Source: Clostridia bacterium | GTDB taxonomy: Bacteria > Bacillota > Clostridia > Christensenellales > CAG-138 | Assembly: GCA_036677445.1 (NCBI GenBank) | Contig: JAVBWI010000004.1 | Span: forward strand, 342,786-406,785 | Direction: 5' to 3' | DNA length: 64,000 bases | In this document: positions 1 through 9,387 of the stretch, piece after piece | How positions within the stretch are numbered: the stretch's first letter is position 1 | How the letters are laid out: each line of letters opens with the position of its first letter | The notes under the pieces: generated by a model | What the model was told of the DNA's origin: nothing | The model's database searches: none | What the model saw: only the letters and a program-made list of their open reading frames with translations | Position numbers and translations under genes: made by a program

Positions 1-1
1 A

Positions 2-712
2 GAAGATGAAATCGTCAGCCGCCTCCTAAAGCTTCCCGGCGGCACGCAAAAAGCCAAGAAGGCAAAAAAGATGATCAGCGTATTCCGCAACTTCGTCGGC
101 GCACGGGAATACCCGAAATATTTCTGGATCTGCCGCTACGCGATCTACAAACGGGCGCTTTTGAAGGAAGCCGAAAAGCTTGCGGCCGCGGGCGTTATCA
201 ATAGCGTAAGCGACGTATTTTATCTTTATTTTGACGAGTTCCGCGAAGCGGTCGGAACAGGCTATGCGGACCAAGCTCTGATTGAGCAGCGCAAAAAAGA
301 ATACGCCCGTTATGAAAAGCTGGCGCCGCCGCGCATAATCTTGTCAGACGGAGAAGTTCCCTCCGGAGAATATAGCGGCGACAACACCCCCGAAGGCGCG
401 CTTATCGGCGTTCCCGTGTCGCCGGGCGTAGTCGAGGGCCGCGCGCGGGTAGTCTCCCGGTTAGAGGACGCCCATGTTGAAAAAGGCGATATTCTTGTGA
501 CCTCTTTTACCGATCCAAGCTGGACGCCGGTCTTTGTCTCCATTGCGGGACTTGTCACCGAGGTGGGGGGCGAGATGTCGCATGGCGCGGTGATTACCCG
601 TGAATACGGCCTTCCGGCAATCGTCGGCGTGGAAAACGCGACAAAGCTGATCAAAGACGGGCAGAGGCTGCGTCTGAACGGCACGGACGGATATTTGGAA
701 ATGCTGGAGTAG
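2..712 (+). CDS. PEP-utilising enzyme family protein, C-terminal part (swivelling phosphohistidine domain); 5' end lies outside the window
   Basis: The frame is open from nt 2, with no stop before the first ATG at 71. The C-terminus carries the PEP-utilisers phosphohistidine signature GGEMSHGAVITREYGLPAIVGV seen in PpsA/rifampicin-phosphotransferase-like enzymes. The stop at 710-712 is followed by a hairpin terminator. Confidence 0.8.
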   Translation, partial: EDEIVSRLLKLPGGTQKAKKAKKMISVFRNFVGAREYPKYFWICRYAIYKRALLKEAEKLAAAGVINSVSDVFYLYFDEFREAVGTGYADQALIEQRKKEYARYEKLAPPRIILSDGEVPSGEYSGDNTPEGALIGVPVSPGVVEGRARVVSRLEDAHVEKGDILVTSFTDPSWTPVFVSIAGLVTEVGGEMSHGAVITREYGLPAIVGVENATKLIKDGQRLRLNGTDGYLEMLE

Positions 713-749
713 TTAATTACCGCATCTGTTCTGTGACTCACCAAGCGTC

Positions 750-782
750 AAAAAACGAGCCAAATCCAGGCTCGTTTTTTTG
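750..782. terminator. Bidirectional hairpin terminator between convergent genes
   Basis: An A-run, the stem ACGAGCC (755-761) paired with GGCTCGT (769-775), then a T-run. It sits between the PEP-enzyme gene (+) and comFB (-). Confidence 0.7.
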
Positions 783-819
783 CAGACCTTCTGTCAGCCC
801 TTTCCCCAAGGCCTATCTA

Positions 820-1128
820 TTACCGGTGGTGCAATAATTGATCCCCATGTTTTAACTTATGGCGAGGGTATTTGTCAACGACCGCGATTGCATTCAAAAT
901 CGTGGCTGTGATATCCGCCTGGCATTGGGCCTTCATGGCCTCATAACGCGCGTAGATATCGCCGCCTACGCTGACGATATATTTGGGCGGCAGGTTATTG
1001 AGCGACAGCGCCAATACGTCCGTGCGGCAGCGTTCGCAACAGCATACGTCTGCCTCCTGCATCAGTTCATCCAGTTTGCTGTCCACCAGTTTTTCCATCA
1101 GGTTATGAAGAATTACTTCGGAAGCCAA
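820..1128 (-). CDS. comFB: ComFB-family protein (late competence development protein ComFB fold; family members bind cyclic dinucleotides)
   Basis: 102 aa with the typical N-terminus (NLMEKLVDSKLDEL) and the Cys cluster CCCERCRTD. A TTG start follows AAGGAA by 9 nt; the alternative ATG is at 1098. Confidence 0.7.
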   Translation of the reverse strand: MASEVILHNLMEKLVDSKLDELMQEADVCCCERCRTDVLALSLNNLPPKYIVSVGGDIYARYEAMKAQCQADITATILNAIAVVDKYPRHKLKHGDQLLHHR

Positions 1129-1339
1129 GAAACATCATTCCTTTTCGTTTTATTCATGATTACCCATCGGCGGCTTTCACGCGGGAATAGTACAATACCC
1201 AAACGGCCATCATTCCTTTTATACATAGTTTATCATATTGCAAGAAACTATTCACTATATTTGCCGATTTATCCCAGCGGATAACAGATCCGGGAGCGGT
1301 GCGGGTTCTGATACGGAACGGCGCCGATTTTGACATGTG

Positions 1340-1368
1340 TTGATGCATTCTCCCGCCTGTGAGATAAT
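1340..1368 (+). promoter_or_regulatory. Candidate sigma-A promoter of dinB
   Basis: TTGATG (1340-1345), 17 nt spacer, GATAAT (1363-1368) with an upstream TG (TGaGATAAT), 34 nt before the ATG at 1402. Confidence 0.35.
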
Positions 1369-1401
1369 ATACCTGACCACGCAGCTGAGGAGAGACCTGC
1401 C

Positions 1402-2607
1402 ATGGACCGGGTCATTTTACATTGCGATTGCAACGGGTATTTTGCTTCGGTCGAATGCATCGACAGGCCGGAGCTAAAAACCGTGCCCATGGCAGTGTGC
1501 GGCGACCCCGACGGGCGGCACGGCATCATTCTCGCCAAGAATGAGCTTGCAAAGGCGTTTGGCGTCGTTACCGCAGAAACCGTCTGGCAGGCAAAGCGCA
1601 AGTGTCCTGCGCTGGTGCTGGTCGAACCGCATCATGACAAATATCAGTCATACTGCGAAAAGATCAACGGAATTTATGAGCAGTATACCGATCAGGTGGA
1701 AGCCTTCAGCGTGGATGAAAGCTGGCTGGATGTCACGGGCAGCCTGCATTTGTTCGGTTCGGGCCGCGAGATCGCGGATACGCTGCGGCGGCGCATACGC
1801 GAGGAGATCGGGCTGACCATCTCTGTCGGCGTATCATTCAACAAGACGTTCGCAAAGCTTGGCTCGGACTATCAAAAGCCCGACGCCACAACGGAGATCA
1901 CAAGAGAGAATTTTCAGCAGATCCTCTGGCCGCTTCCCGCGGGCAATATGCTGTTCGTTGGAAAGACCGCCGCGGATATACTCTATCGTCACGGCATCAA
2001 TACAATAGGCAATATCGCCGCCGCCGGAAAAGAGCTGCTTTGTCAGCTATTGGGGAGAACCGGCGAAACCGTTTGGGAATATGCCTGCGGCCGGGACGAC
2101 AGCCCCGTCAAGCGCATAGGCGAGACCGACCCTGTCAAAAGCGTCGGCAACAGCGTTACCTTCTGCCGGGATTTGGCAGGCATCGAGGACATTCGGGCCG
2201 GACTATTGATGCTCTGCGATCAGGTAGGCACACGCCTGCGCAGGCAGGGGCTATATTGCACCGTTTTGCAGGTGCAAATCAAGGACCCTTATCTTCGCGT
2301 CATCTCCCGGCAGCGAAAGCTTAATAACCCGACCCACCTCACAAAAGCATTGCTGCAGACCGCCTTGGAAATCACGGCGGCGGCATGGAATCCGCAATCC
2401 CCCATCCGCATGCTGATGGTAACGGCATCCGGACTCACTGCAGACGGAGGCGGGCAAACCAGCATTTTCGATGATGCCGAACGTCAGCAGCGAAGCGCCA
2501 AACTGGAGAACGCAGTGGATAAGATACGCAGCCGGTTCGGAAAAGACGCCGTGCAATACGGCACCGTGCTGCATACCGATATCGTAAGGAAGAAAAAACG
2601 GGAATAG
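1402..2607 (+). CDS. dinB: DNA polymerase IV (Y-family translesion polymerase)
   Basis: N-terminal ILHCDCNGYFASVE and the catalytic SVDESWLDVT motif; 401 aa, the usual DinB length. Confidence 0.9.
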   Translation: MDRVILHCDCNGYFASVECIDRPELKTVPMAVCGDPDGRHGIILAKNELAKAFGVVTAETVWQAKRKCPALVLVEPHHDKYQSYCEKINGIYEQYTDQVEAFSVDESWLDVTGSLHLFGSGREIADTLRRRIREEIGLTISVGVSFNKTFAKLGSDYQKPDATTEITRENFQQILWPLPAGNMLFVGKTAADILYRHGINTIGNIAAAGKELLCQLLGRTGETVWEYACGRDDSPVKRIGETDPVKSVGNSVTFCRDLAGIEDIRAGLLMLCDQVGTRLRRQGLYCTVLQVQIKDPYLRVISRQRKLNNPTHLTKALLQTALEITAAAWNPQSPIRMLMVTASGLTADGGGQTSIFDDAERQQRSAKLENAVDKIRSRFGKDAVQYGTVLHTDIVRKKKRE

Positions 2608-2619
2608 ACGGGGCACGAC

Positions 2620-3145
2620 AAAGGCGGCACAAGCATGCCGCCCCAGACTGTCGATAAGCCCCTTGGGGGATTCGGGGGCCGCAGCCCCCGGAGGCTTCCA
2701 ACCGCCGCCAGCGACATGTGCGGTGGCGGCGGAAAGCCTTGCGGCGCAAGGCTTTCCTTGACAGGAACAACCGCCCGTGCCGTAGGTACAGGTTGTTCCT
2801 GTAATCGTCGAAAAAGTGCCATAGCACTCGACACGCTGGGGCGGCATAAACGTGCCGCCCCAGCGTGCTGACAAACCTCCCCCTTGGGGGTCGTAGGGGA
2901 TCGCAAATAAGGTACTCGGGGTTCGAAAATCGATTCACAGGATCGATTTTTGGCTCTTATGAGCCAACGAACCGCTTCCCCACGGGAAGCCCCCACATTT
3001 AATCAAATCTGACGACATGCACATCAGATTTGCGGAAAAAGGTGCGTAAAAGCGCACTTTTAACCCACAGAAACTCGCTGATAAAGTCCGCAGACTTTGT
3101 CAGCGGCCTGAAAAGGCGGCACAAACGTGCCGCCCCCTGCTGTTC
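2620..3145. repeat. Mosaic multi-hairpin intergenic repeat array 1
   Basis: At least 10 consecutive inverted repeats in about 530 bp. Three are copies of GGCGGCA-N6-TGCCGCC (2623-2642, 2840-2859, 3115-3134). There is a 15-bp perfect stem at 2832-2846/2853-2867, plus GGAAAGCCTTGC-ggc-GCAAGGCTTTCC and CAGGAACAACC...GGTTGTTCCTG. Modules recur at 35250-35705 and 39245-39480. Confidence 0.85.
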
Positions 3146-3160
3146 GGAATTATTTCTTCG

Positions 3161-3628
3161 CTAGTTATTGCTGACACCCAACGCGCTCAGCGTGGCATTG
3201 ACGATTGTCAGACCGGGCGTAATGTCAATAATCGAGTTGGTGGACAGAACAACCGTATACGTATAGGTACCGGGTTCCAGGTTCGCGTCGAACAGCTGGA
3301 ACGTAAAGGATTCGGATTCCAGCACGTTTACCAGCGTTGCAAATGTATAGGTGGAGCCCACATTCACAGGCGCGCCATTATCCTTTACGCGCAGCACTTC
3401 AAAGTTCAAAGTAACGGAAATGCCCAGCGGGAGGCTTATGATCCCGGTGAAATTGAGCAAAATGGAGGGGTCGGATAAATGGTCGGCATCCAACGTAACG
3501 CTTACCACCGTAATCGGGTCAGAAAACAAGGTCGTGATAATGGGAAGCGGGCCGGCGCCGCCGGTGGCTGCATTTAATGCAACAGTATCTGTATTGCGTG
3601 GTATCGATGGCCTATAACAACCATTCAT
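3161..3628 (-). CDS. Hypothetical protein, Thr/Val/Leu-rich, predicted beta-rich, no TM segment (possibly a clostridial DUF4489-like protein)
   Basis: 155-aa ORF with a good RBS (GAAGGAGATAATCACC-ATG). The hairpin at 3115-3134 followed by TTTT on the minus strand acts as its terminator. The family assignment is from memory only. Confidence 0.6.
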   Translation of the reverse strand: MNGCYRPSIPRNTDTVALNAATGGAGPLPIITTLFSDPITVVSVTLDADHLSDPSILLNFTGIISLPLGISVTLNFEVLRVKDNGAPVNVGSTYTFATLVNVLESESFTFQLFDANLEPGTYTYTVVLSTNSIIDITPGLTIVNATLSALGVSNN

Positions 3629-3839
3629 GGTGATTATCTCCTTCTATTTTTTCAGCGAATTCCTCTGTCAAGAAATCGTCTGTGATAGTACATTCTATTC
3701 AAAGTAATTCTCTATTGTTAATGCATTCATATCGCAGTGATACCATGCTCCGTTCGCGGTACAAATATGCCGATGAAGTCGTTTGTGAGATTATGATATA
3801 CTCAATAAACGGTGGTCTACCATTCAATGCGAGGTAAAT

Positions 3840-4871
3840 ATGAGGAAAATATTTGCAGTCATTACGATATTTCTTGTTTTTGCGGCTTCCATCGCGCTTT
3901 ATTTGAGCGGCGTTACGCAAAGCCATCCGAAGGGCGAAGTAGACTTCATCGAGGAAGTGGAGCTTGGCGGCATGAAGCAATGGATTATGGCCAACGGCAG
4001 CAAAGAAAGCCTGCCTGTTCTGTTATGGCTCCACGGCGGGCCGGGTTCGTCTCAAATGCCGGTCGCGCGGTATTTCAACAGCTCCCTGGAAAACAATTTT
4101 ATCGTCGTGCATTGGGATCAACGGGGCGCCGGAAAATCCAACCCCAATCGGTTTGATGAAAGCACGATGACATTTGAGCAGTATGTCTGGGACACGCATG
4201 AATTGACTCTGTATTTAAAAGCACGCTTTCATCAGGAAAAGATCTATTTGCTGGGGCATTCGTGGGGATCCCAAATCGGTCTTATAGCCGCGAGCAAATA
4301 CCCCGGCGATTATATTGCATATATCGGAGTGGCGCAAATCATTGATTCCAACGCAGGCCAGCGTATCGCTGCCGAAGAATTGACGAAAAGAATGATCGGC
4401 GAAGATAGGACTGCGGATCTTACGAAATTGCATAGCCTCTATGGCCCGCCTTTTCGGAATCACGATGAATACGTGACTTTTGCGAAACTGCTTGATCGAT
4501 ATCATATGAACATGGATATCGGTATGGACAGGCTTGCGATGGCCGCGCTGGGCTCCGGCGTTTATAGCCTGAAAGATTTCTCGGCATGGCTTTCAGGCGC
4601 AACCCGCGGCAGCGGGCCTATGTGGGAAGAAATGCAAAGCTGGAATGCACCGGAGCGGGTGCCGCAGATCGATATCCCTGTGTTTTTTATTTCCGGCGAT
4701 CAGGACTACAATGCGCCGCTTGCCCTGGTGCAAGCTTATTGCGATACGCTTAAAGCGCCTTTGGGCAAAGAAGTCATTGTGTTCCCGGGTTCTGCGCATA
4801 CCCCTTTCTTTGCAGACGCCGTGTGTTTTAAAAAAGTGATGGACGACATCCAAATAAAAACGCTGCACTGA
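3840..4871 (+). CDS. Alpha/beta-fold hydrolase (proline iminopeptidase-like) with N-terminal membrane anchor
   Basis: N-terminal hydrophobic segment IFAVITIFLVFAASIALYL, HGGPG oxyanion motif, nucleophile elbow GHSWGS. Confidence 0.8.
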   Translation: MRKIFAVITIFLVFAASIALYLSGVTQSHPKGEVDFIEEVELGGMKQWIMANGSKESLPVLLWLHGGPGSSQMPVARYFNSSLENNFIVVHWDQRGAGKSNPNRFDESTMTFEQYVWDTHELTLYLKARFHQEKIYLLGHSWGSQIGLIAASKYPGDYIAYIGVAQIIDSNAGQRIAAEELTKRMIGEDRTADLTKLHSLYGPPFRNHDEYVTFAKLLDRYHMNMDIGMDRLAMAALGSGVYSLKDFSAWLSGATRGSGPMWEEMQSWNAPERVPQIDIPVFFISGDQDYNAPLALVQAYCDTLKAPLGKEVIVFPGSAHTPFFADAVCFKKVMDDIQIKTLH

Positions 4872-4958
4872 AAAACCTATCCAGCAATATCATACAAGAA
4901 GTTCTGTTGCGTTCATGCGACAATACTGCTAAGAGGAAATGAACACCCGGAGGCATCC

Positions 4959-5795
4959 ATGGCGAACGAAGTGCGGACAATCTGCTTTGACGCGCAGCTT
5001 AAGATAGAGGCGTGCCGTTTTAAAGGCATCCTGCAAAAATTCCCCAACCATTTTCACGACCATTATGTGATCGGCTTTATTGAAAACGGCCGGCGGCTGC
5101 TGTGCTGCAATCGCCAGGAATGCATGGTCTGCCGGGGGGATATCATGCTTTTTAACCCACACGACACCCACCGGTGCGAGCAGGCCGATAAAAACGCGCT
5201 GGATTACCGATGCATCCATATACAGCCGGATGTCATGCGCCAAACGGTATATGAAATCACGGGGCAAGACTACCTTCCCCGCTTTACGCCGCCGGTGCTT
5301 TTTCGAAGCGAGCTTGCCAGTTCGCTGCGCGAGCTGCATTTGATGATATTGCAGGAACGGATCACCTTTGAGAAGGAAGAGCTGTTCTTCTTCCTGATCG
5401 AACAGCTGATACGGGATTATTCCGAACCCGTTCCCGCGCAGGCGCCGGAAACCGGTGCGCCGGAAATTCAGGCTGCGTGCTCGTATTTGGAAGCACACTA
5501 TGCGGATGCAGTTTCTCTGGACGAGTTAAGCGCCGCCGCCGGTTTAAGCAAGTACCACTTTTTGCGCTTGTTCACGAAGGAAAAAGGCATTACGCCGTAC
5601 AGCTACCTGGAGGCAATCCGCATCGGCAACGCCAAAAGACTGTTGGAAGGCGGCATGCCGCCCGTCGAGGCCGCATTCCAAACGGGCTTTAGCGACCAGA
5701 GCCATTTTACAAACTTTTTTAAGCGGCTGACCGGACTCACTCCCCGCCAATACATGCGGATATTTGTATCCGAATCCATACAGCCCCTAGCATGA
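4959..5795 (+). CDS. AraC-family transcriptional regulator (cupin sensor plus HTH)
   Basis: C-terminal AraC HTH (LSAAAGLSKYHFLRLFTKEKGITPYSYLEAIRIGNAKRLL ... QSHFTNFFKRLTGLTPRQY); GGAGG RBS. Confidence 0.85.
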   Translation: MANEVRTICFDAQLKIEACRFKGILQKFPNHFHDHYVIGFIENGRRLLCCNRQECMVCRGDIMLFNPHDTHRCEQADKNALDYRCIHIQPDVMRQTVYEITGQDYLPRFTPPVLFRSELASSLRELHLMILQERITFEKEELFFFLIEQLIRDYSEPVPAQAPETGAPEIQAACSYLEAHYADAVSLDELSAAAGLSKYHFLRLFTKEKGITPYSYLEAIRIGNAKRLLEGGMPPVEAAFQTGFSDQSHFTNFFKRLTGLTPRQYMRIFVSESIQPLA

Positions 5796-5823
5796 TGCGT
5801 TTAAATCTATCAAGGAGAATGCC

Positions 5824-6243
5824 ATGACAGACCAAATGAAGTGCGTAATGATACTCGATGATGCGCTCCCCACAGGGGTTCTTGCGAATACCGCGGCGAT
5901 ACTGGGCATCAGCATGGGAAGCATTGCCCCGGAATATATCGGGCCGGATGTAAAGGACGCCTCCGGCCTGCCGCACAAGGGGATTATTACACTGCCCGTA
6001 CCCATCCTGAAGAGCAATAAAGAAGCGCTGTGCACTTTACGCGAAACTCTTTGTACACCCGCATACAGCGACGTCGTGGTCGTCGATTTTTCGGATGTCG
6101 CACAGGGCTGCAACATCTATGACGATTACATGCAAAAAGCCGCGGATACCCCTACCAACGAGCATACCTATATGGGGCTTGCATTGTGGGGCAGCAAGAA
6201 AACCATCAATAAACTGACAGGGAACATGCCGCTGCTCAGATAA
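5824..6243 (+). CDS. DUF2000-family protein
   Basis: 139 aa starting KCVMILDDALPTGVLANTAAILG and containing VVVDFSD, typical of DUF2000; AAGGAG RBS. Confidence 0.6.
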   Translation: MTDQMKCVMILDDALPTGVLANTAAILGISMGSIAPEYIGPDVKDASGLPHKGIITLPVPILKSNKEALCTLRETLCTPAYSDVVVVDFSDVAQGCNIYDDYMQKAADTPTNEHTYMGLALWGSKKTINKLTGNMPLLR

Positions 6244-6356
6244 TGTTCCCAACAGGAAGTGCGGGGCCTTCGGCATTGATTTTCATTCCGCTAAAACCAG
6301 CATATAAAGTGCAGCTTAAAATATCCTCCGCAAACATACAATGAAGGGCAAGCATA

Positions 6357-6938
6357 TTGAGGAGGATGACCGTTATGACGATGCAGACTGATAACGCGAA
6401 CATTCAACGCTTATTAAATCAGGTGGAATTGTCAAACACACTGCGCAGGCTATGGACCGAACATGTGATGTGGACAAGGGCGTTCATTATCAGCACGGCA
6501 TTTGACCTAAATGATTTAAAGGCGGTGACCGACCGGCTGCTGCACAACCCTGCGGACTTTGCAAACGTACTCAAGATATTTTACGGCGATCGGGACGCAA
6601 AAAAATTTGAGGAGCTTTTTTCCCAGCATCTTCTTATCGCGGCGCAGCTTGTGAACGCGGTTAAAACGGACGACCCGGCCGCCGAGGAGCTTCACAACAA
6701 ATGGTACGCGAACGCGGACGAGATTGCGGATTTTATGGCCGGCATCAATCGATATTGGGACAAAGCAGAATTGCAGACAATGCTCTACGACCATTTAAGT
6801 CTTACCGAACATGAAGCGATGCAAATACTTTCAGGCCAATATACCCAGAGTATCGCCCAGTATGATGCGATACAGGATCAGGCGCTAAAGATGGCGGATG
6901 ACATGACCTATGGGATTTTTAGGCAATTTCAAATTTAG
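6357..6938 (+). CDS. Hypothetical all-helical protein (conserved in spore-forming Firmicutes; function unknown)
   Basis: The ORF has a GAGGAGG RBS at 6360-6366. In-frame ATGs lie at 6366, 6375 and 6381, and 6375 has the best spacing. I recognised no catalytic motif. Confidence 0.55.
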   Translation: MRRMTVMTMQTDNANIQRLLNQVELSNTLRRLWTEHVMWTRAFIISTAFDLNDLKAVTDRLLHNPADFANVLKIFYGDRDAKKFEELFSQHLLIAAQLVNAVKTDDPAAEELHNKWYANADEIADFMAGINRYWDKAELQTMLYDHLSLTEHEAMQILSGQYTQSIAQYDAIQDQALKMADDMTYGIFRQFQI

Positions 6939-7021
6939 AATTGGGTATATTTCTCTCCGAAACGTGTTTTTGCGGGCGCCCATAGCCTGGCATCCAGATA
7001 ACACAAAAATCCAACTGTCAA

Positions 7022-7055
7022 AACGCCATATCCTGCTTCATGCGGATATGGCGTT
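7022..7055. terminator. Hairpin terminator between convergent genes
   Basis: 12-bp perfect stem AACGCCATATCC (7022-7033) / GGATATGGCGTT (7044-7055), followed by TTTT on the minus strand. Confidence 0.6.
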
Positions 7056-7092
7056 CATCTCTCTCGTTGTCTGTTTGGTTGGTAACAACGAA

Positions 7093-8082
7093 CTATTTCA
7101 GTGCATATTCGCGCAAAAGCTTCAGCAGAGCAGGCACATTGTTTTCCGCCTGCAATCTGTGTATCTCCTCTTTGGGCAACGACCTGGCAATACGCATAAT
7201 AGCGTTGGCATGCTCTACGAATGCTTTGGTCGCCTCGTACCCATCCATGCGTGCGGGCCAATTATCCATGACATACCAGCCGTCATAGCCGATATCGTCC
7301 AGCTTCCAGAAAAACTCCAGCGACTGCCACAGGCTGACGGTCCCGAAAATCAGGTCGTCGTCGGCGCGCCCGTAATTGTCGTTGAGATGAATCATGGACA
7401 GCCGGTCATATGCGTGCGCCAGCGCCACGCTTTCGGCGGGGTTTTCCATGCCGAAGAGCGCATGGCCGTAATCCACAATGATGCCCAGGTTGGGAAGCCC
7501 GATTTTCTCGCAAAGCAGCAGCACTTTGCCGGTATCCGACGCATACTGGTAGGTGAGCGGCTCATATTTTTTGTATTCGATGGTTACTTTGACGTCCGGC
7601 CGGTATGAGGCGACCTCCTGGATGCACTCCGTCATATACCCCCAGCGCAGCGCATAATCGTCTTCAAACGGATAGTCGTAACCATCGTGCGCCATCCAGA
7701 ACATGATGTCGATCGCGCCGCTCTCGGCGGCATAATCCATGGACTCCTTTCCAAGCCTGACGATCTCGCGCCGTACGGCCGGGTCCCTGGAAGTAAAGGT
7801 CCCGTGTTTCCATTTTGCATTGATATAATTGTCCGGCGCAATAGTCCCCACCCGCATGCCGTAACCGTTTACCAGTTTTTTCAGCACGCCGGGGTCCATC
7901 GCATGCTCGTCATACAAATAGCTCATTGCGCCCACGCCGCCGATTTTTGCGAACAGCTCGCACTGCTTTTCATACGGGACATCCGCCTCCGGGCCTTTGT
8001 ATCCGCTTGATACAAACCTGTCCCGCATGTTGGAGAACGCCGCACCCGAGCACTGCAGCTTTAACAGATGCTTTTCTTCCAT
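7093..8082 (-). CDS. Sugar phosphate isomerase/epimerase (xylose-isomerase-like TIM barrel)
   Basis: 329 aa with the AP-endonuclease-2/xylose-isomerase-like pattern (IMFWMAHDGYDYPFEDDY, IVDYGHALF, MIHLNDNYG). It lies directly upstream of rhaM. Confidence 0.7.
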   Translation of the reverse strand: MEEKHLLKLQCSGAAFSNMRDRFVSSGYKGPEADVPYEKQCELFAKIGGVGAMSYLYDEHAMDPGVLKKLVNGYGMRVGTIAPDNYINAKWKHGTFTSRDPAVRREIVRLGKESMDYAAESGAIDIMFWMAHDGYDYPFEDDYALRWGYMTECIQEVASYRPDVKVTIEYKKYEPLTYQYASDTGKVLLLCEKIGLPNLGIIVDYGHALFGMENPAESVALAHAYDRLSMIHLNDNYGRADDDLIFGTVSLWQSLEFFWKLDDIGYDGWYVMDNWPARMDGYEATKAFVEHANAIMRIARSLPKEEIHRLQAENNVPALLKLLREYALK

Positions 8083-8087
8083 TGCTC

Positions 8088-8399
8088 TTATTCCTTTCCG
8101 CTGAATTCAAACAGCAGGGTAAGCGGCGTCATACCGCCTTCTTCATTGAATACCAGAATATCGCGCATATAAGCGTCCCAGCGCTTTTTTACGTTGCTGC
8201 CGCTGAGCACCCGCCCGACGCGCTCGATATCGTCGGTTTCGAAATATTCTATCAGCCTGGTACCGGTATTCCAGATTGTATAATTGCGGATGCCCGCTTC
8301 CAGCATCAGCGCATATTGCTCCGGCCAGAGCGCATCGTGCCGCCGCTTGTATTCCTCCTGCGAACCGGGCTTTAAGGCAAATTCATGCATGAACTTCAT
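8088..8399 (-). CDS. rhaM: L-rhamnose mutarotase
   Basis: 103 aa; KPGSQEEYKRRHDALWPE...AGIRNYTIW... matches the RhaM/RhaU family. Confidence 0.85.
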   Translation of the reverse strand: MKFMHEFALKPGSQEEYKRRHDALWPEQYALMLEAGIRNYTIWNTGTRLIEYFETDDIERVGRVLSGSNVKKRWDAYMRDILVFNEEGGMTPLTLLFEFSGKE

Positions 8400-8400
8400 A

Positions 8401-9387
8401 TTACTTAAATCCGCCTCCGCGCATGGTATCGATGAGTACGGCCAACAGCAGCACCGCGCCGCGTACCAGCAGCTGATAATAGGACTGTATGGAAAGCAGC
8501 GTCATGCCGTTATTGATGATCATCAATATCATCATACCCAGAAAAACACCGGAAATATTGCCCTTGCCGCCCGCAAGTCCCAGGCCGCCAATCAATACGG
8601 AGGTCGTGATCTCGATTTCGGACCCGACGCCGGAAGCGGGGATGGATGTCATCACCTGGGCGGCGCCCAAAATGCCCGCAACGCCCGAAACAAAGGCGGC
8701 GATGATCATACCGATAAATCTTGTCCGGTTTACGTTGATGCCGGAAAGGAAAGCGGCCTTGGGATTGGCGCCCACCGCATATACCTTGCGCCCAAACGGC
8801 GTGTATTTCAGCACGAAACCGGCAATGATGAAGGAAATCAGCAGAATCCATACAGAGGTGGGAATACCGAACACACGGCCCTGCCCAATGAACCGGAGCG
8901 TTTCGTCCGTCAGCGGAAGGTTCTTTGCCCCGGTGAGCATGTAGGCGAAGCCCCTGTAAACGTTCATGGTGCCCAGCGTCACGATGATGGGCGGAATTTT
9001 GCCGACCGTCAAAAGAGTCGCGTTGATAGCGCCCAATACGAGGCTGGCCGTCATCACCGCAAGCATTGCAGGCCAAATGGACCAGCCCAACATATTCAAA
9101 AGCACGCCCAGCAGCGTCCCGCAGAACGCGGACGTGGCGTACTGGGAAAGCTCCAGCGCGCCCATGAGCATGTATATCGTCAGCCCTGCCGCCATCGTAC
9201 CCGATACGGACGCCGCAAGGCCGATGTTCAGGATATTGTTCACCGTAAAGAAATATGGGGATAATGCCGACATGATTGCGCACAGCACGATCAGGGCAAT
9301 CAAAAGACTGAAATTATAACTTTTCACAAAGTTCTTGAGCCAACCCCTGAGCCTGCTTTCTTTACCCAACGACAGGGTGTTATTCAT
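8401..9387 (-). CDS. Sugar ABC transporter permease (RbsC/AraH family)
   Basis: 328 aa with multiple TM segments. Its start overlaps the stop of the upstream ATPase gene by 8 nt. Confidence 0.85.
   Translation of the reverse strand: MNNTLSLGKESRLRGWLKNFVKSYNFSLLIALIVLCAIMSALSPYFFTVNNILNIGLAASVSGTMAAGLTIYMLMGALELSQYATSAFCGTLLGVLLNMLGWSIWPAMLAVMTASLVLGAINATLLTVGKIPPIIVTLGTMNVYRGFAYMLTGAKNLPLTDETLRFIGQGRVFGIPTSVWILLISFIIAGFVLKYTPFGRKVYAVGANPKAAFLSGINVNRTRFIGMIIAAFVSGVAGILGAAQVMTSIPASGVGSEIEITTSVLIGGLGLAGGKGNISGVFLGMMILMIINNGMTLLSIQSYYQLLVRGAVLLLAVLIDTMRGGGFK

Noticed and set aside
1129-1401. LexA (Cheo) box upstream of dinB
   Set aside because: I searched by eye for CGAAC-N4-GTTCG-type sequences and found no match, so no SOS operator is claimed.
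2251-2996. Three overlapping minus-strand ORFs (207, 167 and 170 aa) and one plus-strand ORF (78 aa) across the dinB 3' end and repeat array 1
   Set aside because: They run through concatenated GC-rich palindromes, which read open in several frames. The translations are Arg/Pro/Ala/Gly-rich, with no start context.
2620-3145. Possible CRISPR array, because short GC-rich palindromic units recur
   Set aside because: The units differ from one another, are not regularly spaced by unique spacers, and no cas genes are present. The three GGCGGCA-N6-TGCCGCC copies are 200-270 bp apart.
6910-7608. 232-aa plus-strand ORF. Similar shadow ORFs lie at 8284-9264, 24651-25478, 26570-27583, 42129-43064, 44489-45244 and 47854-48645.
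   Set aside because: Each lies antisense to a gene with clear family motifs. None has an RBS or recognisable domain.
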